Source: an uncultured Holdemania sp. | Lineage (GTDB): Bacteria; Bacillota_I; Bacilli_A; Erysipelotrichales; Erysipelotrichaceae | Assembly (NCBI GenBank): GCA_964369385.1 | Contig: CAYJEY010000002.1 | Location: 122,472 to 186,471 of the forward strand | Direction of reading: 5' to 3' | Length of the DNA stretch: 64,000 nt | Shown: piece by piece, positions 42,528 to 52,985 of the stretch | Layout of the letters: each line of letters starts with the position of its first letter | Position numbering within the stretch: position 1 is the stretch's first letter | Notes under the pieces: model-generated | Database searches by the model: none | The model's input: only the letters and a program-made list of their open reading frames with translations | What the model was told of the DNA's origin: nothing | Translations under genes and position numbers: made by a program

Positions 42528-44036
42528 ATGAGTGAAAATGTATTAAAAATTATTAAAGATGAAACTTTAACTCTTCAACAACAATTCAACAACTTGATGA
42601 AAGAGGGAGAAAATTCCATCGATCCAATTGAATGTAGTGAGGCTTACTTAGAAGCAGTAGACAAAGAAATTATATGTGGGTTATTCGAAGGGAATGCTCC
42701 ATTTCGACCACGTTATTTGATGCCAGATTATACAGTTTTAATGGAAAAAGGTTGTGAATTTTTAGATTTACCAGTACCTACTAATATTTGGGAGGCAACA
42801 CATTACTTGATGATTTTATATCGTAATGCCCCAACGGGATCAACATATCCTGTATATTTAGGAAACATTGACTATTTGTTAGAACCATTTATTACAAGTG
42901 AAGAAGAAGCAAAATTAGCAATTCGTTTATTTCTATTAAGTATTGATAAATCAATGCCTGATTCATTTGTTCATGCTAATATTGGTCCTAAAGCTACAGT
43001 AGCAGGTAGAATCATTCTTGAATTAACACAAGAAATGCAATTGGCAGTTCCTAACTTGACAATGAAATATGATGAAGATGAAACAGATGATGAGTTTGCG
43101 AAGTTATGTTTAAAATGTATGTTAGCGACAAGTAAGCCAAGTTTTGCGAATCATAAGATGTTTAAAGCAGATTTAGGAGAAGACTATGGAATCGCAAGTT
43201 GCTACAACGGTTTTATGGTAAAAGGTGGAGCATACACGCTACAACGCCTACGTTTATCTTCTGCTGCACTAGAAGCAACATCGATTGATGATTTCTTAAA
43301 TCGTGTTTTACCACACTACTCTGAACTGATGATTGAAATGATTGAAAAACGTACGAAATTCTTAGTAGAAGAGGCAGCATATTTCAAATCAAATTTCTTA
43401 GTAAAAGAAGGATTTGTACAACGTGAAAACTTTGTAGGAATGTTTGGATTAGTAGGTTTAGCTGAGTGTTGTAATATCTTGCTTGGAATTAGTGACAAAT
43501 CAAAAGGATTTGGACACAACAAAGAAGCAGATATGCTTGGTGTACAAATTTTAGAAAAAATTGAAGAAATCTGTGAAACAAAACGTGTTCCTTATTCAGA
43601 AAACCGTGAAAACCGTGTTTGGCTACATGCTCAAGTTGGTATTGATACTGATGGGCAAGACAGTAGTCCTGGAACTCGTATTCCAATTGGATTTGAACCA
43701 GCTGTGCATCAACAAATTATGCACTCAACGCTATATCACAAATATTTCCCAACGGGAACAGGAGATATCTATAAATTTGATGAGACATGGAAAGACTCAT
43801 TACCAGCATTACTTGACATTGTAAAAGGTGGAATTAAAAGTGGTGTAAGATACTTCAGTGGATATGAAGATGGTGGAGATGTTGTGCGTGTCACAGGATA
43901 TCTTGTAAAACGTAGTGAAATCGAAAAACTAAAAAATAATGAAATTTCATTGAACCAAGCTACTATTTTAGGGTATGGTTCTAGTAGAAATGGAAAATCT
44001 TTAGACCGTCGTCAAAACGAAGGTGTAAGTAAATAA
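42528..44036 (+). CDS. YjjI-family (DUF3029) putative glycyl radical enzyme
   Basis: 502 aa with a glycyl-radical-like motif (VRVTGYLVK) near the C-terminus and adjacent cysteines (LAECCNILLG) resembling the PFL thiyl Cys pair. The family assignment is from memory of E. coli YjjI. Confidence 0.55.
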   Translation: MSENVLKIIKDETLTLQQQFNNLMKEGENSIDPIECSEAYLEAVDKEIICGLFEGNAPFRPRYLMPDYTVLMEKGCEFLDLPVPTNIWEATHYLMILYRNAPTGSTYPVYLGNIDYLLEPFITSEEEAKLAIRLFLLSIDKSMPDSFVHANIGPKATVAGRIILELTQEMQLAVPNLTMKYDEDETDDEFAKLCLKCMLATSKPSFANHKMFKADLGEDYGIASCYNGFMVKGGAYTLQRLRLSSAALEATSIDDFLNRVLPHYSELMIEMIEKRTKFLVEEAAYFKSNFLVKEGFVQRENFVGMFGLVGLAECCNILLGISDKSKGFGHNKEADMLGVQILEKIEEICETKRVPYSENRENRVWLHAQVGIDTDGQDSSPGTRIPIGFEPAVHQQIMHSTLYHKYFPTGTGDIYKFDETWKDSLPALLDIVKGGIKSGVRYFSGYEDGGDVVRVTGYLVKRSEIEKLKNNEISLNQATILGYGSSRNGKSLDRRQNEGVSK

Positions 44037-44084
44037 AAAAACTGCAGTGAGAGATGAATTTTCATCTAATCACTGCAGTTTTTC

Positions 44085-45656
44085 TTATAGTTTATTCTTA
44101 TTTAAGATGCCTTTTTCTACAAAGTAATCAATATCTAGTAAGTGAAGATCAGTAGGTTCATGACGTAAAGCTAGTTTTATTTCTTCTTCAAGTGAAAGAA
44201 GTTTGTCTTTTTCTTTTTGATTCCTTAAAAACTTAGGAAAGAAGGGTGGATTAGCTTCGCGATAGAAATTGATTTCAAAGTCATCATATTTTTTGAAATC
44301 ATTATTCTCAATGCAGTCTTCTAAACCATAGCGAAATTCTAACTCAATGGATTTTTGACGCATTTGTTGAGAAATCTCTTTGACTTCACTTGCTTTTGTA
44401 AGGATCAAATTTTCTGTTTCAAATGGATCATTAATCATATCAAACAATTCTTCTTTTCCCCCACCATAATAGTAGTTGTATTTGTATGCTTGATTACGAA
44501 CACTTACCCAACGTCTTGCGCCATGTTGATGCTCAATATATTGGAATTCACGATCAGCAGTTTTGTCGAATAATGATTTTCCTGGGTAATCAAGGTGAGA
44601 TGGCATTTCAATTCCTGCTAAGTCAAGAAAGGTTGGAAATAAATCATTAAGATCAGTAAATTTTGTCATTTGAGTTCCGGCTTCAATTTTACTTGGGTAT
44701 CTCATTAACATCGGAATTTTACTTGATCCATCGTAAGGTAGAAATTTTTGAAAGGTTCCCATATCTCCAAGCATTTCTCCATGATCACTTGTGAAAATGA
44801 CGAAGGTGTTATCAAGTTCTCCTTGTTTTTCTAAGGCATCAAGAATACGTCCAACATGGTGATCAACATGAGAGATAGCGCTATAATATAATTCACGAGC
44901 CCGCATCAGTGTTCCCTCATTTGGGTAGTTTCCAATATTGATGTTCTCTTTTGCTAAAGTTGAAATTTCAGTCTTTGAAATATGCGGTCCTGGCAATGTT
45001 TTTCCTTTATACAAGTCAGCCCATTCATGTGGTACATCAAACGGTGGATGTGGAGCAATGAATCCAGCCCACATCATAAAAGGACGCCCAAAACTTCGTT
45101 GCTGTATATAATCAATTGCCTCATTTGCTACCCAAGTTGTACCATGGTGAGCTTCATCAACAATCGATTGCTGGGGTTGCATATAAAGAAGATGGCGGAC
45201 ACCATGAATACTTTGTAGATGCTCATAGCCATTATTTTTTAAATACATTGCATATTCATCATCTTCACGGAAGCGTGGGATTTCATCCATCAATTTCAGT
45301 TTGTTGAAACCATTATGGCGGCGGTAAGGTTGAAAGTGCATTTTACCAATTGCGATTGTATCATAACCATGATCGGATAAACACTGAGCAAAGGTAGGTA
45401 ACTGATAAGGTATTTGATGACTATCATCAAAGTAATTATCATCAAAAGTATGATGTCGAGCACTTAGACCGGTAACGATATTGTGACGAGCAGGTAAGCA
45501 TACGGGATTGGGAGAGTAGGCATTTAAGCAGCTACACCCTTCTTGCGCTAAACGGTCTAAATTGGGAGTTATCATATGTTTTGCACCTGTAGCATGTATC
45601 GTATCGGATCTCTGCTGATCCGTGGTAATTAATAGTATATTGGGTTGTTTATTCAT
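44085..45656 (-). CDS. Cys-type sulfatase (arylsulfatase family), cytoplasmic
   Basis: Sulfatase signature CLPARHNIVTG (C-x-P-x-R). The N-terminus NILLITTDQQR is a metal-binding motif. No signal peptide is present. Confidence 0.82.
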   Translation of the reverse strand: MNKQPNILLITTDQQRSDTIHATGAKHMITPNLDRLAQEGCSCLNAYSPNPVCLPARHNIVTGLSARHHTFDDNYFDDSHQIPYQLPTFAQCLSDHGYDTIAIGKMHFQPYRRHNGFNKLKLMDEIPRFREDDEYAMYLKNNGYEHLQSIHGVRHLLYMQPQQSIVDEAHHGTTWVANEAIDYIQQRSFGRPFMMWAGFIAPHPPFDVPHEWADLYKGKTLPGPHISKTEISTLAKENINIGNYPNEGTLMRARELYYSAISHVDHHVGRILDALEKQGELDNTFVIFTSDHGEMLGDMGTFQKFLPYDGSSKIPMLMRYPSKIEAGTQMTKFTDLNDLFPTFLDLAGIEMPSHLDYPGKSLFDKTADREFQYIEHQHGARRWVSVRNQAYKYNYYYGGGKEELFDMINDPFETENLILTKASEVKEISQQMRQKSIELEFRYGLEDCIENNDFKKYDDFEINFYREANPPFFPKFLRNQKEKDKLLSLEEEIKLALRHEPTDLHLLDIDYFVEKGILNKNKL

Positions 45657-45890
45657 AAAGTCCTCCTACAATAATTTTAGTATACATGAGAAGCAAGAAT
45701 ATGAAAAGATGAGATATAAATCACAAAGCTTATATTAAATCAACAAATATGCATTATATTCAAGCGTTTTCACTATTAATTATTGAAAAAATAGACTTTT
45801 TATGATTTAATTGTTTAGTAACAAAATGTTACATAAAGATGATTGTTAACTAATAATAGTTTTCAATATATTTTTGGGAGGAAAAGAAAA

Positions 45891-47000
45891 ATGAAAAAGT
45901 TACTATCTTTACTTCTTGTTTCAATGCTTGCAATCGCATTAACAGCATGTGGTTCAACTAGTACTGAAGAAGAAGGAACAACGGAAGGAACAACAGAAGA
46001 AACAACAGAAGAAACAACTGAGGATGTTACACGTATCGCTTTGATACTACCTTATGTAGGAGATCAATCATATTTTGATATCACTCATGCAGGACTTCAA
46101 TTAGTTCAAGAAAAATATGGAGATGCAGTTGAAACCAACTTAATCGAAATGGGAACTGATGCTGCAAACTGGGAAACAGCTAATCGTCAAGCAGTTGCTG
46201 ATGGTTATGACATTATCATCTCTGGAAACTTCGAATACGAAGCAGCAATGTTAGCAGTAGCAGCTGAAAATCCAGATGTTAAATTTTTAAATTTTGATTA
46301 CTCTAATGCAGAAGCAAACTCATTAGATAATGTATATGCAATTACTTACGCATCAAATGAAATCGGATACCTTGCAGGAGTTGTAGCAGCTACAAAATCT
46401 GAAACAGGAGTTATTGGAGCAGTTGGTGGAATGGAAATCGATGGAATTAAAGAATTCTTAACAGGATACATGCACGGAGCAAGTGATGTAAATCCAGATA
46501 TCCAAGTATTAACAGGATTTGTTGGAGATTTCGCAAATACAGGAACTGCAAAAGAAATCACATTAAACATGGTTGACCAAGGTGCAGACGTAGTATTCCA
46601 TGCAGCTGGTGGTGCTGGAAACGGTATGTTTGAAGCTGCTGCAGAAGCAGGAATCTGGGCAATTGGTGTAGATACTGACCAATATGTTTCACTAGAAGAG
46701 CAACCAGCGTTAGCAGAAACAATCCTAACTTCAGGATTAAAAAGAGCTGACCAAGGTATTCTAAATGCAATCACTGCAATGATTGATGGTACTGCTCCTT
46801 ATGGAACTCAAGTTACATTGACTCTATCAGATGATGGTGTTGGACTTGCAGAAAATGAACATTATTTAGCAAATATGACAGAAGAACAAATCGCAACAGT
46901 GAATGAGTTCTCTGATAAAGTTTATAATAAAGAAACTGAGGTTGCTAGTCAGCTAAAAGATAACACAGCATTCGATACATATTCTGAATTAACGAAGTAA
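45891..47000 (+). CDS. BMP family (PnrA/NupN-like) ABC transporter substrate-binding lipoprotein, copy 1
   Basis: A lipobox (LTACGS), a T/E-rich linker (GTTEGTTEETTEETTE) and a BMP/PBP1 fold. The start is the ATG at 45891. Confidence 0.82.
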   Translation: MKKLLSLLLVSMLAIALTACGSTSTEEEGTTEGTTEETTEETTEDVTRIALILPYVGDQSYFDITHAGLQLVQEKYGDAVETNLIEMGTDAANWETANRQAVADGYDIIISGNFEYEAAMLAVAAENPDVKFLNFDYSNAEANSLDNVYAITYASNEIGYLAGVVAATKSETGVIGAVGGMEIDGIKEFLTGYMHGASDVNPDIQVLTGFVGDFANTGTAKEITLNMVDQGADVVFHAAGGAGNGMFEAAAEAGIWAIGVDTDQYVSLEEQPALAETILTSGLKRADQGILNAITAMIDGTAPYGTQVTLTLSDDGVGLAENEHYLANMTEEQIATVNEFSDKVYNKETEVASQLKDNTAFDTYSELTK

Positions 47001-47076
47001 TAGTTGGATTAAATATAATATATGCTCTATCTTTTAAGTAAGATAGAGCATTATTTACATAAGGTGAGGATAATTT

Positions 47077-48639
47077 ATGGAAGATATAATTTTAAAATTA
47101 GAAGACATTGTAAAGATCTATCCTAATGGTACGGTGGCGAACAAAAATATTAACATCGAACTAAAAAAAGGTGAAATTCACTCAATTGTAGGGGAAAATG
47201 GTGCGGGTAAATCAACTTTGATGAAAATCATTTTTGCGATTGAGAAACAAACATCAGGGAAAGTTTACTACAAAGGTCAAGAGATTAACTATAGTGGATC
47301 AATGGAAGCAATTGAAAATGGAATTGGGATGGTTCATCAGCATTTTATGTTGATTCCATCATTCACTGTTGTGCAAAATATTGTATTAGGAAATGAACCG
47401 CATAATGGAGCATTCCTTAATATGAAGGAAGCAACAAAACAAGTAAAAGAGTTAACCCAAAAATATAATTTTGATATTGATGTAGAGAAAAAAGTAGAAG
47501 ACTTGACAGTAAGTGCGAAACAAAAAGTTGAGATACTTAAAACATTGTACCGTCATGCAGAAGTAATTATTTTGGATGAACCTACAGCTGTTTTAACTCC
47601 ACAAGAAACACAGGCATTATTTGAGCAACTTAAAATGTTCAAAGAATTAGGACATACGATTGTGTTTATTTCACATAAATTAAACGAAGTAAAAGAAATA
47701 TCAGATCGTATTAGTGTTATCCGTAATGGGGAATCAAAAGGTACATTTGATGCAGAGAACGTTACAATAAGTGATTTAACAGAATTAATCATTGGACGTA
47801 AGTTGGAAAATAACTATTCTGAAATGAAGACAGTTTATGAGAATGCAAGACCAGTTCTTGAAGTACATAACTTAAAACATAGTGAACATGGTATCGTCAA
47901 AGTAGATGATATGAGCTTTGCGGTTAAACAAGGTCAAATTTTAGGGATTGCAGGAGTTCAAGGGAATGGACAAGAAGAGTTAATTAAAACGATTACTGGT
48001 CTTATTCCACACCAATCTGGAGAAATTAAATTAGCAGGAGATTCAATAGAAAAATACTCTATTCGTAAGAAAAGAGATAATGGACTCTCTTACATTCCAG
48101 AAGATCGTATGATTGAGGGGTGTGCTGCAGAAGCATCTATTCAAGATAATATTGTTTCTACATATTTTGAAGAAAAAGAGTACAGCGGAAAGCTATTCCT
48201 TAAAGAAAAAGCGATACGTAAAGAAGCAGATTCACTTATTGAGCGATTCAGTGTAAAAACAAGTTCTCGCCGCGAGAAAATTGGATCATTATCAGGTGGT
48301 AATATTCAAAAAGTTGTGGTTGCGCGTGAATGGAAAACAAATCCAAAACTCATGGTTGCAGAACAGCCAACACGTGGGATTGATGTAGGGAGTGCTAACT
48401 ATATTCACCAAGAGTTAATCAGCATTCGTAACCAAGGAGCAGGTATCTTATTGGTGAGTGCAGATTTAAATGAAGTACTATCACTATCAGATCAGTTGAT
48501 TGTAATGTACGAAGGGGAAATTGTAGCGTATTTTGATGATTTATCCAACGTTACAGAAAGTGAACTTGGATTATATATGTTAGGTGTTCAAAAACAAGAT
48601 GAACAACAAATCAGGGGGGCATGTTATGACGGAAAATAA
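47077..48639 (+). CDS. ABC transporter ATP-binding protein, two fused ABC domains, copy 1
   Basis: Two Walker A motifs (GENGAGKST; second domain GVQGNGQEE) and two LSGG signatures. Confidence 0.88.
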   Translation: MEDIILKLEDIVKIYPNGTVANKNINIELKKGEIHSIVGENGAGKSTLMKIIFAIEKQTSGKVYYKGQEINYSGSMEAIENGIGMVHQHFMLIPSFTVVQNIVLGNEPHNGAFLNMKEATKQVKELTQKYNFDIDVEKKVEDLTVSAKQKVEILKTLYRHAEVIILDEPTAVLTPQETQALFEQLKMFKELGHTIVFISHKLNEVKEISDRISVIRNGESKGTFDAENVTISDLTELIIGRKLENNYSEMKTVYENARPVLEVHNLKHSEHGIVKVDDMSFAVKQGQILGIAGVQGNGQEELIKTITGLIPHQSGEIKLAGDSIEKYSIRKKRDNGLSYIPEDRMIEGCAAEASIQDNIVSTYFEEKEYSGKLFLKEKAIRKEADSLIERFSVKTSSRREKIGSLSGGNIQKVVVAREWKTNPKLMVAEQPTRGIDVGSANYIHQELISIRNQGAGILLVSADLNEVLSLSDQLIVMYEGEIVAYFDDLSNVTESELGLYMLGVQKQDEQQIRGACYDGK

Positions 48640-49726
48640 AATAACAAAAAAACCGTTACTCAAATGGACAAACGAAAGACCATTTGAAGCGCTTCGTATT
48701 TTTGTTGCGATTGGAATTGCGCTTGGATTAACATTTTTAGTATTATGCTTAGTATCACCAGATCCAATTACAGACTTTATCAATTTGATGACATATCCAC
48801 TAAAAAGTGAGTTCTATTTTGGTTCAGTATTAGTAAAGATGATCCCATTAACATTTGCTGGATTAGCGACATTACTGTATTTTAGAACGGGATTATTTAA
48901 TTTAAGTACTGAAGGTATTTTCTACATTAGTGGAGTTGCCTGTACGTATTTTGCGGTATCAGAGTTACGACTAACAGGAAACTCGGTAATTGATACTGGA
49001 ATGTGTATTCTTGCAGCTGGATTATGTGGGGGATTAATTGCATTAATCCCAGGATTTTTGAAAGCGAAGTTTAATACAGATGAGTTAGTATTATCACTAA
49101 TGATGAATAGTATCCTTTATGGGATTGGATTTTGGATTATTAAGACTTTCTTAGCTGTTTCAGGGGTAACTGGACAATCTTCAGCGCCATTTGTAGCAAG
49201 TGCTAAATTAGAAAATTTAATTCCAAAAACACAAGTGCATACTGGTTTAATTATCATGTTGTTGACAGTAGCATTTGTATATATCTTATTATTTAAAACA
49301 AAACTTGGTTATAGCATACGTATGACTGGTTTAAACAAAGATTTCGCTAAGTATTCAGGGATGAGTGCTTTTGGATTATTTATGGTAGTTCACTTCTTAG
49401 CAGGATTTATTGGTGGTATGGGAGCTTCTGTAGAGCTACTGGGAATGTATCGTAGTTTCTCTTGGGCAACACTACCGGGTCTTGGTTTTACTGGGGCACT
49501 AATTGCAATGTTAGGGAAAAATCATCCAATTGGTGTATTGATTGCATCATTTGGAATTTCATACCTTCGTGCTTCTGCTCAATTACTTGCGAATAGTAGC
49601 ACTGTAATTGATGTTAAGTTAATTTCAATTGTAGAAGTAATCTTAACTTTATTAATATCTTCTCAATATTTCTTAAAGAAATGGAGAGAAAGACAAATGT
49701 TGAAGGAGGAAAGAAAAAATGGATAA
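48626..49726 (+). CDS. ABC transporter permease (BMP-type system), copy 1a
   Basis: A polytopic permease. The start ATG at 48626 follows an AGGGGGG RBS and overlaps the ATPase 3' end. Confidence 0.8.
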   Translation: MTENKITKKPLLKWTNERPFEALRIFVAIGIALGLTFLVLCLVSPDPITDFINLMTYPLKSEFYFGSVLVKMIPLTFAGLATLLYFRTGLFNLSTEGIFYISGVACTYFAVSELRLTGNSVIDTGMCILAAGLCGGLIALIPGFLKAKFNTDELVLSLMMNSILYGIGFWIIKTFLAVSGVTGQSSAPFVASAKLENLIPKTQVHTGLIIMLLTVAFVYILLFKTKLGYSIRMTGLNKDFAKYSGMSAFGLFMVVHFLAGFIGGMGASVELLGMYRSFSWATLPGLGFTGALIAMLGKNHPIGVLIASFGISYLRASAQLLANSSTVIDVKLISIVEVILTLLISSQYFLKKWRERQMLKEERKNG

Positions 49727-50636
49727 CATTATTGAAACTTTCTTCAGTGCTTCATTTATCTTCATCGTTATTCGTGTAGGTGTACCATTAATGTTTGCCT
49801 CAATGTCAGCATACACGGCTGCAACAGCAGGTATTCCAAATATCGCCGTGGAAGGTATCATGATTTTTGGAGCTTTCTTTGGTGTATATTTTAGTGCTAT
49901 TACAGGAAGTGCTTGGTTAGGTTTACTTGGAGTTATTATTATTGGGGCATTATGTGCTGGTGTATTAGCTTTCTTTACGATGCGTATGAAGGCAAACCCA
50001 ATTATGGTTGGGATCGCATTGAACTTATTTGCTGCAGACTTTACTGTTTGGTTGTTGTTAGTACTAACAGGATCAAAAGGAACAACAGCGAACCTCCCTT
50101 CAAAGGTATTGCCTACAGTAGATATTCCATTTATTCAAGATATTCCGATTCTTGGAGAAATTATTTCAGGGCATTATTTCTTAACTTATGTGTGTATTGT
50201 ATTAGCAATCTTCGTATGGATTCTAATTTACAAAACACCATTTGGATTAAGAATGAAAGCTTGCGGGCTTGATGAACATGCCGCTGAATCAGTGGGAATT
50301 AAAGTAAATCGCGTACGTTTAATCGCAATCGTACTATCAGGTATCTTTGCAGCATTAGGAGGAGCTTATTTATCTATGGGATATTTATCTATCTTCTCTA
50401 ACAACATGACTGCATCACGTGGTTGGATTGGGATTGCAGCGAATGCTGTAGGACGTGGAAACTATTTAATTGTAGTTCTTACAACAATAGTGTTCGCAAT
50501 TGCACAAGGGGTAGTAAACCGCTTAGCAATTACTGATTTACCATCTGAATTAATCAATACGATTCCTTATTTGTGTGTATTGATTGGTCTTGTGGCTTTA
50601 TCAATTCAAGAATATTACAAGAAAAAACAAAAATAG
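49719..50636 (+). CDS. ABC transporter permease, copy 1b
   Basis: A polytopic permease translationally coupled to the preceding gene. Confidence 0.8.
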   Translation: MDNIIETFFSASFIFIVIRVGVPLMFASMSAYTAATAGIPNIAVEGIMIFGAFFGVYFSAITGSAWLGLLGVIIIGALCAGVLAFFTMRMKANPIMVGIALNLFAADFTVWLLLVLTGSKGTTANLPSKVLPTVDIPFIQDIPILGEIISGHYFLTYVCIVLAIFVWILIYKTPFGLRMKACGLDEHAAESVGIKVNRVRLIAIVLSGIFAALGGAYLSMGYLSIFSNNMTASRGWIGIAANAVGRGNYLIVVLTTIVFAIAQGVVNRLAITDLPSELINTIPYLCVLIGLVALSIQEYYKKKQK

Positions 50637-50723
50637 TTAATAGACAATCTTCGGATTGTCTTTTTTATGGTAAAATAGACTTGTTTGAAAGGAAAAGTGC
50701 TCAATTGAGCATCGAATAAAAAA

Positions 50724-51683
50724 ATGCAATTATTAAAATTAAAGCCAGCATCAAAAGACTATCTGTGGGGTGGAGAAATACTTAAGCAAAATTACAATAA
50801 AACAACTGATTGCACACCACTAGCAGAAAGTTGGGAAGTATCTGCTCATCCAGATGGACCTAGTGTACTTGCCAATGGGGAATATGCAGGGAAGACATTA
50901 GTCGATTTCATTAATATTAAAGGGAAAGAAATTTTAGGAGTGAATGCACAAAAATTTTCTTACTTTCCAATTTTATCTAAATTTATCGATGCAAAGCAAA
51001 GTCTTTCAATCCAAGTTCATCCAAATGACGATTATGGACTTCGTGTTGAAAAAGAATACGGGAAAACAGAAGTTTGGTATATTTTAGAAGCAAAAGAAGA
51101 TGCGTTCATTTATTTTGGGACAAATAAAGAAATCACAAAAGAAGAAATGCGTGAGCATATTGAAAATAATACACTGACAGATGTATTAAAAAAAGCACCA
51201 GTAAAAGCAGGAGATGTTGCATTTATTGAGGCAGGAACGATTCATGCAATTACTGAGGGAATTGTAATTCTAGAAATTCAACAAAATTCTAACTCTACAT
51301 ATCGAGTGTATGACTTTGGACGAGTTGGAAAAGATGGTAAGACAAGAGAGTTGCATATTGATAAGGCAATTGATGTATCTACATTATCACCTATTGATTG
51401 GGAAGTAGCACCATGTGTTATGGAACAATTTGACCAATATAAAAAAGGTGAAGTATCGCATTGCGATTATTTTAAAGTCGACTCTTATGAAGTTGAGCAA
51501 GAGGTTGTGGTAGAGGTAAAACAAGAGAGTTTTGTAGCTTTTACATTTATCGATGGAAGTGGAACAATCAGTGCAAATAATGAGACAATGAACTGTGTTA
51601 AAGGGGAAACATACTTTGCGCCTGCAAATTTAGGAAGCGTTAAAATATCAGGTAAATGCAAATTTGTAACGGCTTCAGTATAG
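50724..51683 (+). CDS. manA: mannose-6-phosphate isomerase, class I (cupin)
   Basis: 319 aa with motifs YLWGG, LSIQVHP and a Firmicutes-type PMI cupin. Confidence 0.8.
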   Translation: MQLLKLKPASKDYLWGGEILKQNYNKTTDCTPLAESWEVSAHPDGPSVLANGEYAGKTLVDFINIKGKEILGVNAQKFSYFPILSKFIDAKQSLSIQVHPNDDYGLRVEKEYGKTEVWYILEAKEDAFIYFGTNKEITKEEMREHIENNTLTDVLKKAPVKAGDVAFIEAGTIHAITEGIVILEIQQNSNSTYRVYDFGRVGKDGKTRELHIDKAIDVSTLSPIDWEVAPCVMEQFDQYKKGEVSHCDYFKVDSYEVEQEVVVEVKQESFVAFTFIDGSGTISANNETMNCVKGETYFAPANLGSVKISGKCKFVTASV

Positions 51684-51783
51684 AAACAGTCTAGTTAAGT
51701 TGAAAAATCGGTATAAAAGTGGTTTAATATAGGTAGCAGTAAATTTTTGCATTTCAGTTTATTAAAATAAATAGGAGGAAAAA

Positions 51784-52875
51784 ATGAAAAAATTACTTAC
51801 ATTAGGACTAGCACTACTTTTAGCTGTAGGAATTACTGGATGTACATCAAGTGATACACCTGCAGACGACCAAACAGAAGGAACATCAGAAGAAACGACA
51901 CAACCTGCTGAAGGTGAAACTGGAGAAAAAATATCAGTTGGGTTTGTAACTGATGTAGGTGGAATTGATGATAAATCATTCAACCAAACAAGTTATGAAG
52001 GAATTGAAAAATATGCAGCTGAAGTTGGAGAAGATATGATTGAGTATAATTTCCTGCAATCGGATGCAGATACTGACTACATTCCTAATTTAACAACTTT
52101 TGCAGACGAAGAAGTTGATTTACTTGCAGCAGCTGGTTTCTTATTCTCTGATGCAGTAGCAACAGTAGCAGAAACATATCCTGAACAAAAAATGTTAATT
52201 ATTGACGTTGACTGGTTACCAGTTACAGATAGTCTTCAACAAGCTGTATTTGCTGAGCATGAAGGATCATACTTAGTAGGTGTAGCGGCAGGTCTTAAGG
52301 CTAAAGAGGCTGGTGAAGATACTGTAGGGTTCATCATTGGACAAGAATCAGCAACTATGGATAAATTCTATGCTGGTTTCCAACAAGGTGTTTGGGCAGT
52401 ATATCCAGAAGCTACAATTCTTTATGATAATGCTGATGATTTCCAAGCTCCTGAGTTAGGTAAAACACTAGCACAAAAACAATTTGGACAAGGTGCTTAT
52501 ATTATTTATCATGCAGCGGGTGGAACAGGTAATGGAGTTATCCAAGAAACTGCAGAGCGTCGCGAAAATGGTGAAGATGTATGGGTAATTGGTGTAGATA
52601 CTGACCAATACGAATATGGACTATATGGTACTGAAGGTGAATCTGCTGTATTAACATCAATGTTAAAACGCGTAGATACTGCTACTTATAATGCAGTTAA
52701 AGCTGTTGCAGATGGTACATTCGAAGGTGGAGTTGTACGTTATACATTAGCAGATGATGGTGTGGGAATTCCAGAAGAAAATCCAAACTTATCTGAAGAA
52801 ATCTTAGCAGAAATCGACATGTATAAAGAAAAAATCATTGCTGGAGAAATTGTAGTAAGCGAAATACCAGAATAA
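51784..52875 (+). CDS. BMP family ABC transporter substrate-binding lipoprotein, copy 2
   Basis: A lipobox (ITGCTS) and a BMP fold paralogous to 45891-47000. Confidence 0.82.
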   Translation: MKKLLTLGLALLLAVGITGCTSSDTPADDQTEGTSEETTQPAEGETGEKISVGFVTDVGGIDDKSFNQTSYEGIEKYAAEVGEDMIEYNFLQSDADTDYIPNLTTFADEEVDLLAAAGFLFSDAVATVAETYPEQKMLIIDVDWLPVTDSLQQAVFAEHEGSYLVGVAAGLKAKEAGEDTVGFIIGQESATMDKFYAGFQQGVWAVYPEATILYDNADDFQAPELGKTLAQKQFGQGAYIIYHAAGGTGNGVIQETAERRENGEDVWVIGVDTDQYEYGLYGTEGESAVLTSMLKRVDTATYNAVKAVADGTFEGGVVRYTLADDGVGIPEENPNLSEEILAEIDMYKEKIIAGEIVVSEIPE

Positions 52876-52985
52876 TAATTGCCGTAAGAGACGAAAATTT
52901 CGTCTCTTTTTTCGTATACGTACTATTACTTGAGGGGACTTAGCTACATATGGTATAATTAAATATACAAAGATGAGGAAAAAAT

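Noticed and set aside
45957-46020. Tandem GAAGGAACAACNGAAGAAACAACNGAA nucleotide repeats
   Set aside because: They encode the T/E-rich linker (GTTEGTTEETTEETTE) of the BMP lipoprotein. This is a low-complexity coding repeat, not a CRISPR array or a mobile element.
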